Shown: positions 50,775 to 60,425 of the stretch, in pieces
How positions within the stretch are numbered: the first letter of the stretch is position 1
Layout of the letters: each line of letters starts with the position of its first letter
Origin: Candidatus Latescibacterota bacterium
Lineage (GTDB): Bacteria; Latescibacterota; UBA2968; UBA8231
Assembly: GCA_965203175.1 (NCBI GenBank)
Contig: OZ241867.1
Coordinates: forward strand, 1,728,001-1,792,000
Reading direction: 5' to 3'
DNA: 64,000 bases
Made by a program: the position numbers and the translations under genes
Notes under the pieces: model-generated
What the model saw: only the letters and a program-made list of their open reading frames with translations
Database searches by the model: none
Told to the model about the DNA's origin: nothing

Positions 50775-52930
50775 CCAAGATCGAGTCAGAGGAGTATTCA
50801 AATATGTCGATAGAGAGCAGTTTCTGTTTTGCGCTCGATGCCGCTGCGCTCGAAGTACGAGGTCAGTTCGATCAACTCCAATACTGCGAGCTGAAAAAGG
50901 CTATCGTCCTCAATGATATGCTCCTAGTCGAAGACGATGCGCCGGCCATCGGCTGCCCCCAAGGCGCTGAGGACCGGTCGTGGTTCGAAAAATTGCGAGA
51001 GGGGGTGATGGTGCGCAAAGATCTGGTCCTGGATGATCCCTGCGCCATAGCCGCCTATCTGATCTTCAACGGACGGGAAATGGACGACAATGGCCATGCA
51101 CTTCACATCTGTGTCAACGGCCACCACTTGATCCGACCTCCGAGCAAGATAGCCCACCCCTGTGCTCGCCATTACTACACCAGCGACTGGGGAGGCTCGC
51201 ACTTTGACAACTGGTTCGTGGTAGCCGTGCCAGTGGGTGCCCTGCGGCAGGGTACCAATGAGTTCGTTCTGTGGGCCGAATCCGAGGAGACCAGTTGGGA
51301 AATCATGGTGGCCGCGGATGAAGAATATAAGCGTGGCTCTGAAACGCGGCTCTGCCACCCTAACCGCAGCGCCAAGAGTCGAGACGGAGGTCGTACCTGG
51401 GATTTTGAGCACTTGGGCTGGAAGGATGAAATCGACGGGGAGTACGCCATCCGCCTCAGTCTAGATCGCAGCGTACCGCAGGGCACCTTTGTCTCGTCGG
51501 TGATCGACTTGGCTACAGGAGAGGATAGAAAAAGAATCGAGAAATTGCTCGACGTGAAAGAGTGCCGGGTAGGATGGGAGGTGGATGTGCCCGAGGGAAG
51601 CCAAGTAGAAGTAGAGGCTCGTCTGGGCGATAATCCAGTGCCTACAGCCGCCGCATGGACCCCTTTTGAGTCCGTAGCAAATTTCTCCAAGACATGGTGC
51701 GATCCCGCTGGACGCTACCTGCAATTCAAGATTGTCATGTACGCCCACAATCCGCTGGTGACGCCAGTGTTCAAAGGTATTTCCGTGGAAGCGAAGTGCC
51801 GCGAGCGCAAGCATCGCTCCAATAGACGTTATCACCTACTCCAATTGCGCAACGGCCGCGTCATCCGCCCATCCCTACCGTACGTCCACGAAGATTTCGC
51901 CCACTTGAACGAACTGCGCCACCGCTTTGAACTGGACGCGCTAGTCGCAGACGCGGCGACTGAGTTCGAAGCCCAGTTGCAACTCATGCACTGGGCCTAC
52001 AAAGTGCCGCTCGGTCGCCTAGATGCCTACCAATGGAATTACTTTGATCTGCCTCAACTCGATAGGGATGCAAGTGGACGCCCCGGCCTGCTAGGCGACT
52101 ATCAGAAGCGCCGGCGCGATGGCCACTGCCTCTACTGCAACTTGACCCTAATCGCCGCCTGTCTGGCCATGGGCTTTCCGGCCCGCTGGGTCAACATCTC
52201 CACTAAGCACACCTACGGACACGAGGTGGCCGAAGTATGGTCCAACGAGTTCGACAAGTGGATATTCTTGGATGCGACGCGCGATTACTACATCTACGAT
52301 CCCGACACGGGCATTCCCCTGAGTCTAGTGGAAATCAGCGAGCGCTTGGCCGAAATCATGCCGGGACCGGCGACCTGGGAATATCCCATCCAGTGGCACC
52401 TGCCGGACCTCGAAATGCTCCGGGCCGCTCGCGTCGCCTACCGCCAAGGCGACAATGCTTTTTCGATTGACGACCTGAGCGGAGGACCGGAGCACTTGAT
52501 GCTCAAAGGGCACTTGCAAATGGTGCGGCGCAACGACTTTGCCAGCCGGCCTTGGCCGCTACCGTGGCGCCTCTCCAGCAACTGGGGAAGCGACCTCTTC
52601 TATTGTTTCTACAGCGATATGTTCCCCCGCAAACGCGAATACCACCAACACACCAAGCGCTGGCAGGATTTCAATCCTCCGCTCAACCAGACAGAACTCT
52701 TCTTGAGCGAAACCGCCGAGCCGGATGTTCTGCGCGGGGATGTGGATACTGAGACGCCTTGCTTTGACGCATTTCTGGTGCAGATCGACAGAGCCGAATG
52801 GAGCGAACAAACAGCCCCCTCGCTGGAGTGGAGGCTGCACAAGGGCTTGAACCAACTGCGGCTCAAGGCGCGCAACAGCGCGGGGGTTTGCGGCCCGGAG
52901 AGCCATGCAGCGGTAGTGATGAATACTTGA
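50771..52930 (+). CDS. Large protein with C-terminal transglutaminase-like domain
   Basis: ATGA overlap with the dipeptidase stop; Cys (GHCLYC), His (GHEVAEVWS), Asp (WIFLD). The ORF track's extension back to 50192 is a shadow of the dipeptidase. Confidence 0.75.
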   Translation: MTKIESEEYSNMSIESSFCFALDAAALEVRGQFDQLQYCELKKAIVLNDMLLVEDDAPAIGCPQGAEDRSWFEKLREGVMVRKDLVLDDPCAIAAYLIFNGREMDDNGHALHICVNGHHLIRPPSKIAHPCARHYYTSDWGGSHFDNWFVVAVPVGALRQGTNEFVLWAESEETSWEIMVAADEEYKRGSETRLCHPNRSAKSRDGGRTWDFEHLGWKDEIDGEYAIRLSLDRSVPQGTFVSSVIDLATGEDRKRIEKLLDVKECRVGWEVDVPEGSQVEVEARLGDNPVPTAAAWTPFESVANFSKTWCDPAGRYLQFKIVMYAHNPLVTPVFKGISVEAKCRERKHRSNRRYHLLQLRNGRVIRPSLPYVHEDFAHLNELRHRFELDALVADAATEFEAQLQLMHWAYKVPLGRLDAYQWNYFDLPQLDRDASGRPGLLGDYQKRRRDGHCLYCNLTLIAACLAMGFPARWVNISTKHTYGHEVAEVWSNEFDKWIFLDATRDYYIYDPDTGIPLSLVEISERLAEIMPGPATWEYPIQWHLPDLEMLRAARVAYRQGDNAFSIDDLSGGPEHLMLKGHLQMVRRNDFASRPWPLPWRLSSNWGSDLFYCFYSDMFPRKREYHQHTKRWQDFNPPLNQTELFLSETAEPDVLRGDVDTETPCFDAFLVQIDRAEWSEQTAPSLEWRLHKGLNQLRLKARNSAGVCGPESHAAVVMNT

Positions 52931-52996
52931 TTGGCTGTGGGTCGATAAATGAATTAGCTCTTCAGCCGATCAAAGAGTGCTTCGACTTCTCGCTCT

Positions 52997-54178
52997 TCAG
53001 TTGTCCTCCACCGACCCGTCTTCGTACTTGAGTTCCTCCCGGAGTTGCGGTTCGTAGGGGTGGGCCCGGGCCACTTCCTCGTTCAGCTCGAGTCCGAGAC
53101 CGGGGGTGTCCGGCAACGTCACGAAACCGCCCTCGATCTGGTACCTGTGTCCGAAGAACAGGTCGTCCCGCCAGTCCGTGGACTCCTTGAAGGGCTCGTT
53201 CGCGTAGGACCCCATCTCCTGGATGACGCTGTTGGGGCAGTTCAGGCCCATGTGGATCTCGGCGGTGATACCGATCTTGCTGTAGGTGATGTGGGGAGAG
53301 ACCTGGATGTACTGCGCCTCCGCCATGGCCGCGATCTTCTTGAACTCCGAGATGCCGCCGCAGTGGACGATGTCCGGATTGAGGTAGCTCACTAGACGCT
53401 TGGCGATGATGTCTTGGAAGCCCCACTTGGTGAAGTTCCGCTCGCCCATGCACAGGGGCACTGTCGTGTGGTCGCTCAGCCACTCAAGGGCGTCGTTGGA
53501 TCCTTCCACTTGGATGGGTTCCTCCACCCAGAAGGGACGGTAGGGCTCGACGGCCTTGCAGTACTCCAAGGCCATGGTCGGCGTCAGCCGGCCGTGGGCG
53601 TCGATGAGGATGTCGAAGTCGTCGCCTCCTTCGACTCGCATCTCCTCGATCTGCTTAGCCGCCCGGTTCAGGTCCCAAGGCATGGGTACGGTGAGCGGGT
53701 CGCCGACCTTGGTCACCGGCGGTCCTGTCTTGACGGCATTGCATCCCATGCTCCGGGCGCGCTGCACGCCCGCCTTGCCGCTGCCGGCGGCGTAGATGCG
53801 GACCTTGTCCCGCGCGCCGCCGCCGAGGAGCTTGTAGATCGGCAGGCCCGCGATCTTGCCGAGGATGTCCCACAGGGCGATATCGATGGCGCTGAGGGCC
53901 GTGCTGAAGAGCACGCCCACGTGCCAGCGGTTCCAGCGGTAGAGCCCCTGCCAAAGATGCTCAATGTCCGTGGGATTCTTGCCGATGAGGTGGCCCTCTA
54001 GGTCTTTGATGCACTGGGCGATGGTGCCTACCTTGTTGTCGCTGATCGAGCCTTCGCCCAGTCCCGTGATCCCCTCGTTGGTGCTGATCTTCACGAAACA
54101 GCAGTTGCCTTCCACCAGGAAGGTGTCCACCGCGGTGATCTTGATACCGGGGTACTTCGCGCTGCCTTCTTCCGCCAT
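52997..54178 (-). CDS. Mandelate racemase/enolase-superfamily acid-sugar dehydratase (DgoD-like)
   Basis: SAIDIALWDI.GK..G.P.Y.LLGG, IDAHG, EEP, GER, PD....GG.SE; AAGGAG RBS. Confidence 0.9.
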   Translation of the reverse strand: MAEEGSAKYPGIKITAVDTFLVEGNCCFVKISTNEGITGLGEGSISDNKVGTIAQCIKDLEGHLIGKNPTDIEHLWQGLYRWNRWHVGVLFSTALSAIDIALWDILGKIAGLPIYKLLGGGARDKVRIYAAGSGKAGVQRARSMGCNAVKTGPPVTKVGDPLTVPMPWDLNRAAKQIEEMRVEGGDDFDILIDAHGRLTPTMALEYCKAVEPYRPFWVEEPIQVEGSNDALEWLSDHTTVPLCMGERNFTKWGFQDIIAKRLVSYLNPDIVHCGGISEFKKIAAMAEAQYIQVSPHITYSKIGITAEIHMGLNCPNSVIQEMGSYANEPFKESTDWRDDLFFGHRYQIEGGFVTLPDTPGLGLELNEEVARAHPYEPQLREELKYEDGSVEDN

Positions 54179-54200
54179 CGTCAGGGTCTCCTTCTTCATT

Positions 54201-54261
54201 TGGTGCCTGGGCAACGAGATGGATAGAAATTATAAAGGGCCTTTGAGGGGGCTGGTCAAGC
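54201..54261 (-). repeat. Promoter/oriIS-like direct repeat, copy B
   Basis: Matches 48652..48713; minus strand reads TTGACC-N19-TATAAT-TTCTATCC. Confidence 0.85.
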
Positions 54262-54319
54262 CCTGCGACCAATACCTATAATTGTGCAATGCAGTCTTGA
54301 CGGAAGCTGAAAGGACCCG

Positions 54320-54679
54320 ATGGACAAGCGCAGACAAATAGAAGATTGCATCGAGGCCTTCCACTTGGGGACTCTTACCGAAGGGGATTTGCGCCAGACC
54401 CTCGAAGAATTGAGCGCGGCGAAACCGCAATGTCAGGATCTGCTCTACCTGCAGACTGGCAGCACTTCCCTGAACTCCAGCGTCCACGGCATGGCCCTCG
54501 TCGAAAACGGCGAACTCTCCGACGGACCGACAGACCCCGAAGACTGGCCCTACAAAACGCCACTCCAGGCCATGCGCGACGGCTGGCGCATAGTGCAGTT
54601 CCCCAATATGGCGCTGATGCTGGACGAGTCCAAAACCTACGGACTCGGCTGTGAGTTCATCCTCGAAAGATGGAGTTGA
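54320..54679 (+). CDS. Hypothetical protein (119 aa), translationally coupled to a PhyH gene
   Basis: AAGGA RBS; WPY.T...AMRDGWR..QFP motif; TGATG stop/start overlap. Confidence 0.75.
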   Translation: MDKRRQIEDCIEAFHLGTLTEGDLRQTLEELSAAKPQCQDLLYLQTGSTSLNSSVHGMALVENGELSDGPTDPEDWPYKTPLQAMRDGWRIVQFPNMALMLDESKTYGLGCEFILERWS

Positions 54680-55551
54680 TGCCCTTGCGCCTGCCCGATA
54701 TCGCGCCCACCCTGACTGACACCGAGGTCCTCGAATTCTGTCAGCGGGGCTACCTGATCCTCGAAGGCGTCGTCGCGCAGGAGACCAATGAGCGGGTGAA
54801 TGAATTCATCCGCGCTCACCCCTACGGATCCGACGACAGCGGCGGATTCGAAGACGACAAACTGCTGGCCGAGGACTGGTTCGTCGCCGAGGTGATCCTC
54901 AACCCGCAGGCGGCCGGTGCAGTGCGCTCGCTCTTGGGCGCTAGCGCCGCCTTGCCAACCTGGATGTTCAACCACCGGTCCACGCGCCCCAAACCGGCGC
55001 AGCAATGGCACCGCGACGGCTGCTCCCGCTACGGCCACGCAGTCAACCACTTGCAGGTATTCTACTATCCTCAGGACACCCCCCTCGAACTCGGCCCCAC
55101 CGAAGTGCTGCCCGGCTCGCATTTCCTCTTCAACCTCGGGCCGTTTATGGGCCACTATGGCGGGATCAAGGGGACCGCGTCGACCGCGGCACCGGCGGGT
55201 ACCATTTTCATCACCGCCTACCCGATCTGGCACCGACGCGGCGCGTCCACCGCCGAGGGCGTCCGCAATATGCTCAAGTACCTCTACTGGCGCATGGCAC
55301 CGCCACAGCGGGACTGGATCGTCGAGCCCGATTTCAGCCTCGACGACCTCAACGACCTCGAAAGCGCCCTCTACGGCGGCAAGGTACACCCGGCCAAAGA
55401 CCAGTTCCACCACTGGCACGACGTCGCCCGGATGTTCTACTGGCTGGCGGGCAAAAAGGACGATTTCCACAACTTCCTCGGCACCGACCGCTGGCCTATG
55501 GGCCATCCGCCGCGCCGGCAGCCCGGGGATTTCCACACCTTTCCGTCGTAA
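54679..55551 (+). CDS. PhyH-family dioxygenase
   Basis: F...GY, QQWHRD, GPTEVLPGSH, IWHR..R (ORF open from 54670). Confidence 0.88.
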   Translation: MPLRLPDIAPTLTDTEVLEFCQRGYLILEGVVAQETNERVNEFIRAHPYGSDDSGGFEDDKLLAEDWFVAEVILNPQAAGAVRSLLGASAALPTWMFNHRSTRPKPAQQWHRDGCSRYGHAVNHLQVFYYPQDTPLELGPTEVLPGSHFLFNLGPFMGHYGGIKGTASTAAPAGTIFITAYPIWHRRGASTAEGVRNMLKYLYWRMAPPQRDWIVEPDFSLDDLNDLESALYGGKVHPAKDQFHHWHDVARMFYWLAGKKDDFHNFLGTDRWPMGHPPRRQPGDFHTFPS

Positions 55552-55587
55552 TTCCTACTTGACCTTTTTGGCCCTCATGTCTGGGGG

Positions 55588-56589
55588 CTATAGTACTTTC
55601 CAATTGGAAGAATCGCGAGATGCTTCTAGGATAGCAAGATTACACTCGAGGGTATGGCGCGCTTCGGATAGGCCACAGGGCATTTCACCCTTGCCGTCGA
55701 TGGCGTCAAAAAAACAGTTCGCTTGGGATATAAACGCATGGTCGCGCTCAAAATCTGGCCAAGACTCTTCCTGCCACTCGGTTTCAGGTTCCATCATCCA
55801 GCGCATGCGATTAGAGTGAATTTCAGATTGCAACGTACCGCGTTCACAGACCACGGTGATCACTCCTTCATCAGGGGCTTGATATTGATTCATGCTGAAG
55901 CAGGCGAGCGCGTCGCCATGACGGGTTAAGACGTTGACGGTGTCTTCGACTTCAACTCCTGCCAAAACTTGATGCGCGCAGTCGGCAACCAAGCGGTCGA
56001 CTGGTCCAGCAAGCCAACTTACGAAATTGATAAGATGTGTTAGCCCATCCTGAATAGCGCCACCTCCCGTGGCGTGACTGGCGTAGTAAATTTCTCTGTA
56101 AGCGGGTCGGTAGGTGGGAAAGTGTTGGCCTCTAACAACAGTAATGTGCAAGGGCCGCCCAAAGCGTCCACTGTCGAAGGCTTTCTTCATCGCCGAAAGC
56201 ACGGGGATGTGGCGCAAGACATAAGCGACTCCAGCAACGAGCTTCCGCTCCCTGATAGTTCTATCGAGACGATCAATCCCATCTATACTTATAGACAATG
56301 GTTTCTCGATCAATAGATGTAGGCCAGACTCTGCTGCTTGTTGCGCCATGGGAATATGTAGGTGCGCGGGTGTTGCGATCACAATAGCGTCATGTCCTAC
56401 TTCGAGAGCCAATGTAAGATCGGCATAGCTATTTTCGATGTTATAATTCTCTGCTACTTTTTCACGCAGATTGTCGTTGATCTCACAAATTGAAACCTCT
56501 GCGCGATGTGTTGCGAGTATACAACGCGTATGACGTTCACCTATTGAACCCGTGCCGACGACGAGCACCTTTTTTTTGGCTGCTGCCAT
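55588..56589 (-). CDS. Gfo/Idh/MocA-family oxidoreductase
   Basis: VVGTGSIG, ATPAHLH, EKP, GGG..D...H. Confidence 0.92.
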   Translation of the reverse strand: MAAAKKKVLVVGTGSIGERHTRCILATHRAEVSICEINDNLREKVAENYNIENSYADLTLALEVGHDAIVIATPAHLHIPMAQQAAESGLHLLIEKPLSISIDGIDRLDRTIRERKLVAGVAYVLRHIPVLSAMKKAFDSGRFGRPLHITVVRGQHFPTYRPAYREIYYASHATGGGAIQDGLTHLINFVSWLAGPVDRLVADCAHQVLAGVEVEDTVNVLTRHGDALACFSMNQYQAPDEGVITVVCERGTLQSEIHSNRMRWMMEPETEWQEESWPDFERDHAFISQANCFFDAIDGKGEMPCGLSEARHTLECNLAILEASRDSSNWKVL

Positions 56590-56610
56590 AAATCAGTTAC
56601 TCCAAAACCG

Positions 56611-57576
56611 TTAAATCCTTATCCCAAACGCAGCCTCAAAATCCTGCCACACCGCTTCGGGTACCTCAGTCGTGGCGCTGGCATATACCTCGGCTAATTC
56701 CCTGCGGTTGGAGGGTCCGACGAGGATTATGCCATTGCCTGCAACCGGCGCATTGAGCGCGAACTGCATGGCCAGATCCCGGATGTTCAACCCCCGTTCT
56801 TGGCACCATTGCCACATCTGGTGTGCGCGCGGCACCACCGCGGGGTCGTCCGGCCCACCGATGGCCGCCGGTATGAGATTCCCGTCTTGATCTAGGGACT
56901 GCTTTTCTTTCACGCGCTGGGGTTCTGGACCGGCCAGCAGTGAGCCGACCAATACTCTGCCCATAATGATTCCTACATCGCGTTCCAGCGCCAGGGGAAT
57001 GGTCGTTTTGGCGAGGGACTGGTTCAGCAAGCTGTAATCCAAAAACGACAACACAATGTCTATGGTGCCTGTTTCAATCGCCTGCTGATGAAATTCGTGC
57101 TGTCGCACGGCGATGCCAAGGTGACCGATGCGTCCCTGCTCTTTCCAGTCGATTAACACATCCAAACAGGCCCCCGGCACCAACAGTGGTTCCATGTCGT
57201 AGCGCGGGCCGTGAATCAACACGGAATCCACATAGTCCGTCTGAAGCTGTTTGAAGCTGTTTTCCAAACTCCACAAGGTCGCTTCTTGTGAAAAATCGTG
57301 AAAAAAGCGCGGATGAGATCCCACCTTGGTTTGGAGATACACTTTCTCTCGCCATCCACCTGCCAAGGCCAAACCGATGCAGCGCTCGCTCTCGCCATCG
57401 CCGTATGGCGGAGCCGTATCGATAAAATTGATGCCCCGCTCAATGGCCTCCCGAATCGTCGCCGTGGCTTCCCCCTCTGACATCAGTTCGGGAAGGCCCA
57501 GATAGCCGCCGCCCAATCCTAACGCCTTCGGTTTCATCTCTGTACGCCCCAAACGTCGAACTTCTAGATCTACCAT
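56611..57576 (-). CDS. Aldo/keto reductase
   Basis: LGRT, GINFIDTA..YG...SE, TKVG, LQTDYVD...H. Confidence 0.92.
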   Translation of the reverse strand: MVDLEVRRLGRTEMKPKALGLGGGYLGLPELMSEGEATATIREAIERGINFIDTAPPYGDGESERCIGLALAGGWREKVYLQTKVGSHPRFFHDFSQEATLWSLENSFKQLQTDYVDSVLIHGPRYDMEPLLVPGACLDVLIDWKEQGRIGHLGIAVRQHEFHQQAIETGTIDIVLSFLDYSLLNQSLAKTTIPLALERDVGIIMGRVLVGSLLAGPEPQRVKEKQSLDQDGNLIPAAIGGPDDPAVVPRAHQMWQWCQERGLNIRDLAMQFALNAPVAGNGIILVGPSNRRELAEVYASATTEVPEAVWQDFEAAFGIRI

Positions 57577-57611
57577 TTTGATCTCCCCAATTGAATTTTA
57601 AAACCCCTCCC

Positions 57612-58220
57612 TCACAGGATCTCCCTGCCGAAGTCGGCATAGGTCCCTGCGGTGGAAAGCCTGATCGGGGCGTTGGCTCCGTCTAGCTCGGTTGCCACAG
57701 AATCCAGCGCTGCGAAATCGGGGATGGTCCAAACGGCCAGGCCGCCGGGTTCGGGAGCTAGCTTCCCGATTCGCTGGACGAGGAGATTGAGGGTAAACTC
57801 GGGATGCTGTTTTGCCCGGCTCTCGTAGAAGCTCCTAACGGCATCCGTAGTGTCGTGGGCAGCGAAAAACTCGGCGTAGTAGGTACCGTTGCGGGCCGGG
57901 ACCGGCTCGAGCAGCGGATCGTAGCAGCCGGCCACGTCGATCCGCGCGACCTGAAAGAACGGCTGTTCTAGGGCGTCCGCCTCGCCGCTGCGAAAAATCC
58001 GGTCCCACGCGTCGATCCGGTCCAGGCCGGCGTTCCGCGTGTGCCAGACCGTCATGTAGCCCGGGTCGGGACCCAATCGCCACGTGCGACCGACGGACAG
58101 AACCAACTCGTCCTCATACCCACTGTCCCATCCCTCTTGGCCCTGTGCGGCCTGCGCGCGAAACGTCTCCAGATCGATGCCCGGCAGACGGCTGATGTAT
58201 TCGATGTACACAAGTCCCAT
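57612..58220 (-). CDS. Hypothetical protein (202 aa)
   Basis: AAGGAG RBS; co-oriented and 5 bp from the upstream gene; family not recognised. Confidence 0.7.
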   Translation of the reverse strand: MGLVYIEYISRLPGIDLETFRAQAAQGQEGWDSGYEDELVLSVGRTWRLGPDPGYMTVWHTRNAGLDRIDAWDRIFRSGEADALEQPFFQVARIDVAGCYDPLLEPVPARNGTYYAEFFAAHDTTDAVRSFYESRAKQHPEFTLNLLVQRIGKLAPEPGGLAVWTIPDFAALDSVATELDGANAPIRLSTAGTYADFGREIL

Positions 58221-58225
58221 AGCGT

Positions 58226-59293
58226 TCAGACTCCTTCCACAGCGACCTCTTGCCCGGACGCCGCCGAGGCATAGAGCGCGTCCATGAGCCGCTGAATTCG
58301 CACGATCTCCTCGCCCGCAACAGGAGACATCTCACCCTCGCGGACGGCGCGCAGAAAATCGTTGATCAGCCGCCTCATATCGTAGTCGCAAGGCTGCAAC
58401 GCGCCCTTGGCGGGGGTCTCCTCGCGCCACGATCGTCCGTCGTCGGTCCAGATTCTGAGTGGTGAGATGGACGCGGCACCCCGGTCGCCGAGAAAGGTCC
58501 AGCCTTCGCGTCTGTCAGAGGGCGCCTGAAGAAAATCCGCTTCCACCGTCAGGATGGTATTTCCGGACAGCCGAACGAAGCCGGCACCAAAGTCCTCGAA
58601 ATCCGGATCGAGCGACGCCGGATCGATGTCGTCTCGTAGGGATCCAGCCGCCGCCGGGTAAGTGGAGACCCGCTGATGGCAGAACGCGCTGGCGGTCAGC
58701 GGTTCGGGATTGCCAAGCAGCCAGAGCGCGAGGTCGAGGTTGTGGATCGTCCAGTGCGCTAGAACGCCGCCGCCGTTCGCTCCACGCGACCGGTGCGCTC
58801 TCCCCGGCAGTCCGTAGGCACTCCCTCCCCACGTTCGCACGGCGTGTACGCGACCGAGTGCGCCGTCTGCGATGCGGTCTCTCAGGTACCGGGATTCGTC
58901 CCAGGTTCGGTATTCAAAGCAGATGCTCAGCAGTCGATTATTCGCTTCCGCGGCGTGGACCATGTCCCGGGCCTCGCCCGCATCCAGCGCCACGGGCTTC
59001 TCGCACAGGACGTGACATCCCGCCTCTAGGCACATCACCGCGAGGTTGCGATGGCTCGAGGGCAGCGTGGCGATGCTCACGACATCGGGCCTAGTCTTTT
59101 CGAGCATCTCTTCCGCATCCTGAAATCCGGCGACTGCAAACTGCTTTCCAGTCTGCGATACCCGTTCGGGCTCCAGATCGCATACGCCCACCAGCGAGCA
59201 AACCCCGGCCTCTGCTGCCTCCCGGTAGGCCGGCAGATGTTGTGAGGTTGCGATCTGGCCGCACCCGATCACGGCGACTTTCGTCGGACTCAT
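58226..59293 (-). CDS. Gfo/Idh/MocA-family oxidoreductase
   Basis: VAVIGCGQI, CEKP, GGG.L....H.LD; GAGGAG RBS before MSPT. Confidence 0.9.
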   Translation of the reverse strand: MSPTKVAVIGCGQIATSQHLPAYREAAEAGVCSLVGVCDLEPERVSQTGKQFAVAGFQDAEEMLEKTRPDVVSIATLPSSHRNLAVMCLEAGCHVLCEKPVALDAGEARDMVHAAEANNRLLSICFEYRTWDESRYLRDRIADGALGRVHAVRTWGGSAYGLPGRAHRSRGANGGGVLAHWTIHNLDLALWLLGNPEPLTASAFCHQRVSTYPAAAGSLRDDIDPASLDPDFEDFGAGFVRLSGNTILTVEADFLQAPSDRREGWTFLGDRGAASISPLRIWTDDGRSWREETPAKGALQPCDYDMRRLINDFLRAVREGEMSPVAGEEIVRIQRLMDALYASAASGQEVAVEGV

Positions 59294-59359
59294 GAGCTCC
59301 TCGTCACATCGCTTGAATAAATCGAACCAAGTCACTTGGATCTCGGCACCGCTTGCAAG

Positions 59360-59449
59360 TCGCCGCTGCTCGCGACGCCTATCTGGATTGTATTCCGTTA
59401 CCAGCGTCTCATACAGATCGAAGAGAACGGCTTTCATGTCCTCGGGCAA
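59360..59449 (-). pseudogene. 5' stump of a HAD-family hydrolase, in frame with the downstream oxidoreductase
   Basis: MKAVLFDLYETL is a HAD motif-I-type N-terminus; no other HAD motifs follow. Confidence 0.6.
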
Positions 59450-59465
59450 ACCCGTCTAGTCCACG

Positions 59466-60248
59466 TCATCTTTTTTTGGCAATTTCAGCGATGGTAGCGC
59501 CGGTTATTTTGACGGTGTGGGTGTCCACTCGCTCAACGTCCTCGCGGGCCGCTTTGGCCTCGGCACTAGCAGCGGACTGATATTCGGTCACGAAAACATA
59601 CGGGGATTGGATGGTATAAGGTTCGATTTCCCCGATCCGCCCCATCGCCTTGCGAGCGCCCTCGCGGATCAAGTCCCGAGCTTTAGTGGGAGAGAGGGTG
59701 AGAGCACCCGTGCGGCTGAGCCCCTCTTTCACGACGATGCCTTCAATGTCGGGAACGTAACGCTGGGCCTCGTCCACAGCCGCCCGATCCCCGCTGACAA
59801 AAACCGTGGGCACGCCAACCTCACCGGCATGAGCCATGTTAAAACCAATCTCACCGATCAGTTCTTCGTTCAACCAGCAATTGGCAATGCTGCGAGAGCT
59901 CCAACTGTGACACAGCACGCCATTAGGTGTGTTGTCCATCGCGTGATGGCCATACAAAAACAGCGCCGCAAATGTCAATCCCATCTCCCACGCAGAGCCC
60001 ATAGGACGGCCGAACATCACCCGGGCTTCGCGGTGGATATGTTCGATATTGATTCCACCACTGCCGTGTCCGTCCAGCACGATCGGATCGGTGGCGCCTC
60101 CTTCTAGCGCACCGTCTATGAGGGAGTTGATCTCCAGCGTGGCCAGATATTTGGCTTGTTCATTGTCGCGGCCCCCGTCGTACGTCTGAGTTTCAAAATC
60201 TACGACGCCGGCCGTGCCCTCCAAATCGCACAAAATGAGAATTCTCAT
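59466..60248 (-). CDS. M55-family D-aminopeptidase (DppA-like)
   Basis: DLEG, DGHG, GHHAM, L.H, GEIG.N, SGD. Confidence 0.9.
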   Translation of the reverse strand: MRILILCDLEGTAGVVDFETQTYDGGRDNEQAKYLATLEINSLIDGALEGGATDPIVLDGHGSGGINIEHIHREARVMFGRPMGSAWEMGLTFAALFLYGHHAMDNTPNGVLCHSWSSRSIANCWLNEELIGEIGFNMAHAGEVGVPTVFVSGDRAAVDEAQRYVPDIEGIVVKEGLSRTGALTLSPTKARDLIREGARKAMGRIGEIEPYTIQSPYVFVTEYQSAASAEAKAAREDVERVDTHTVKITGATIAEIAKKR

Positions 60249-60425
60249 GGAAAGTCTCCTGATGAACTTGACGGGGAGATATTATCAAATTGTATCTTGG
60301 GTAACGCACTCACAAGAAAATACTCACATCCAAACCTGTCCAGATTTAGGAGGTCAGACCCCCTCGCCGCTTGCGGCATTGCAGGTTGTTCGCCGGGCCT
60401 AGCGGCTCGTCTCAGAAGGAGGAAA

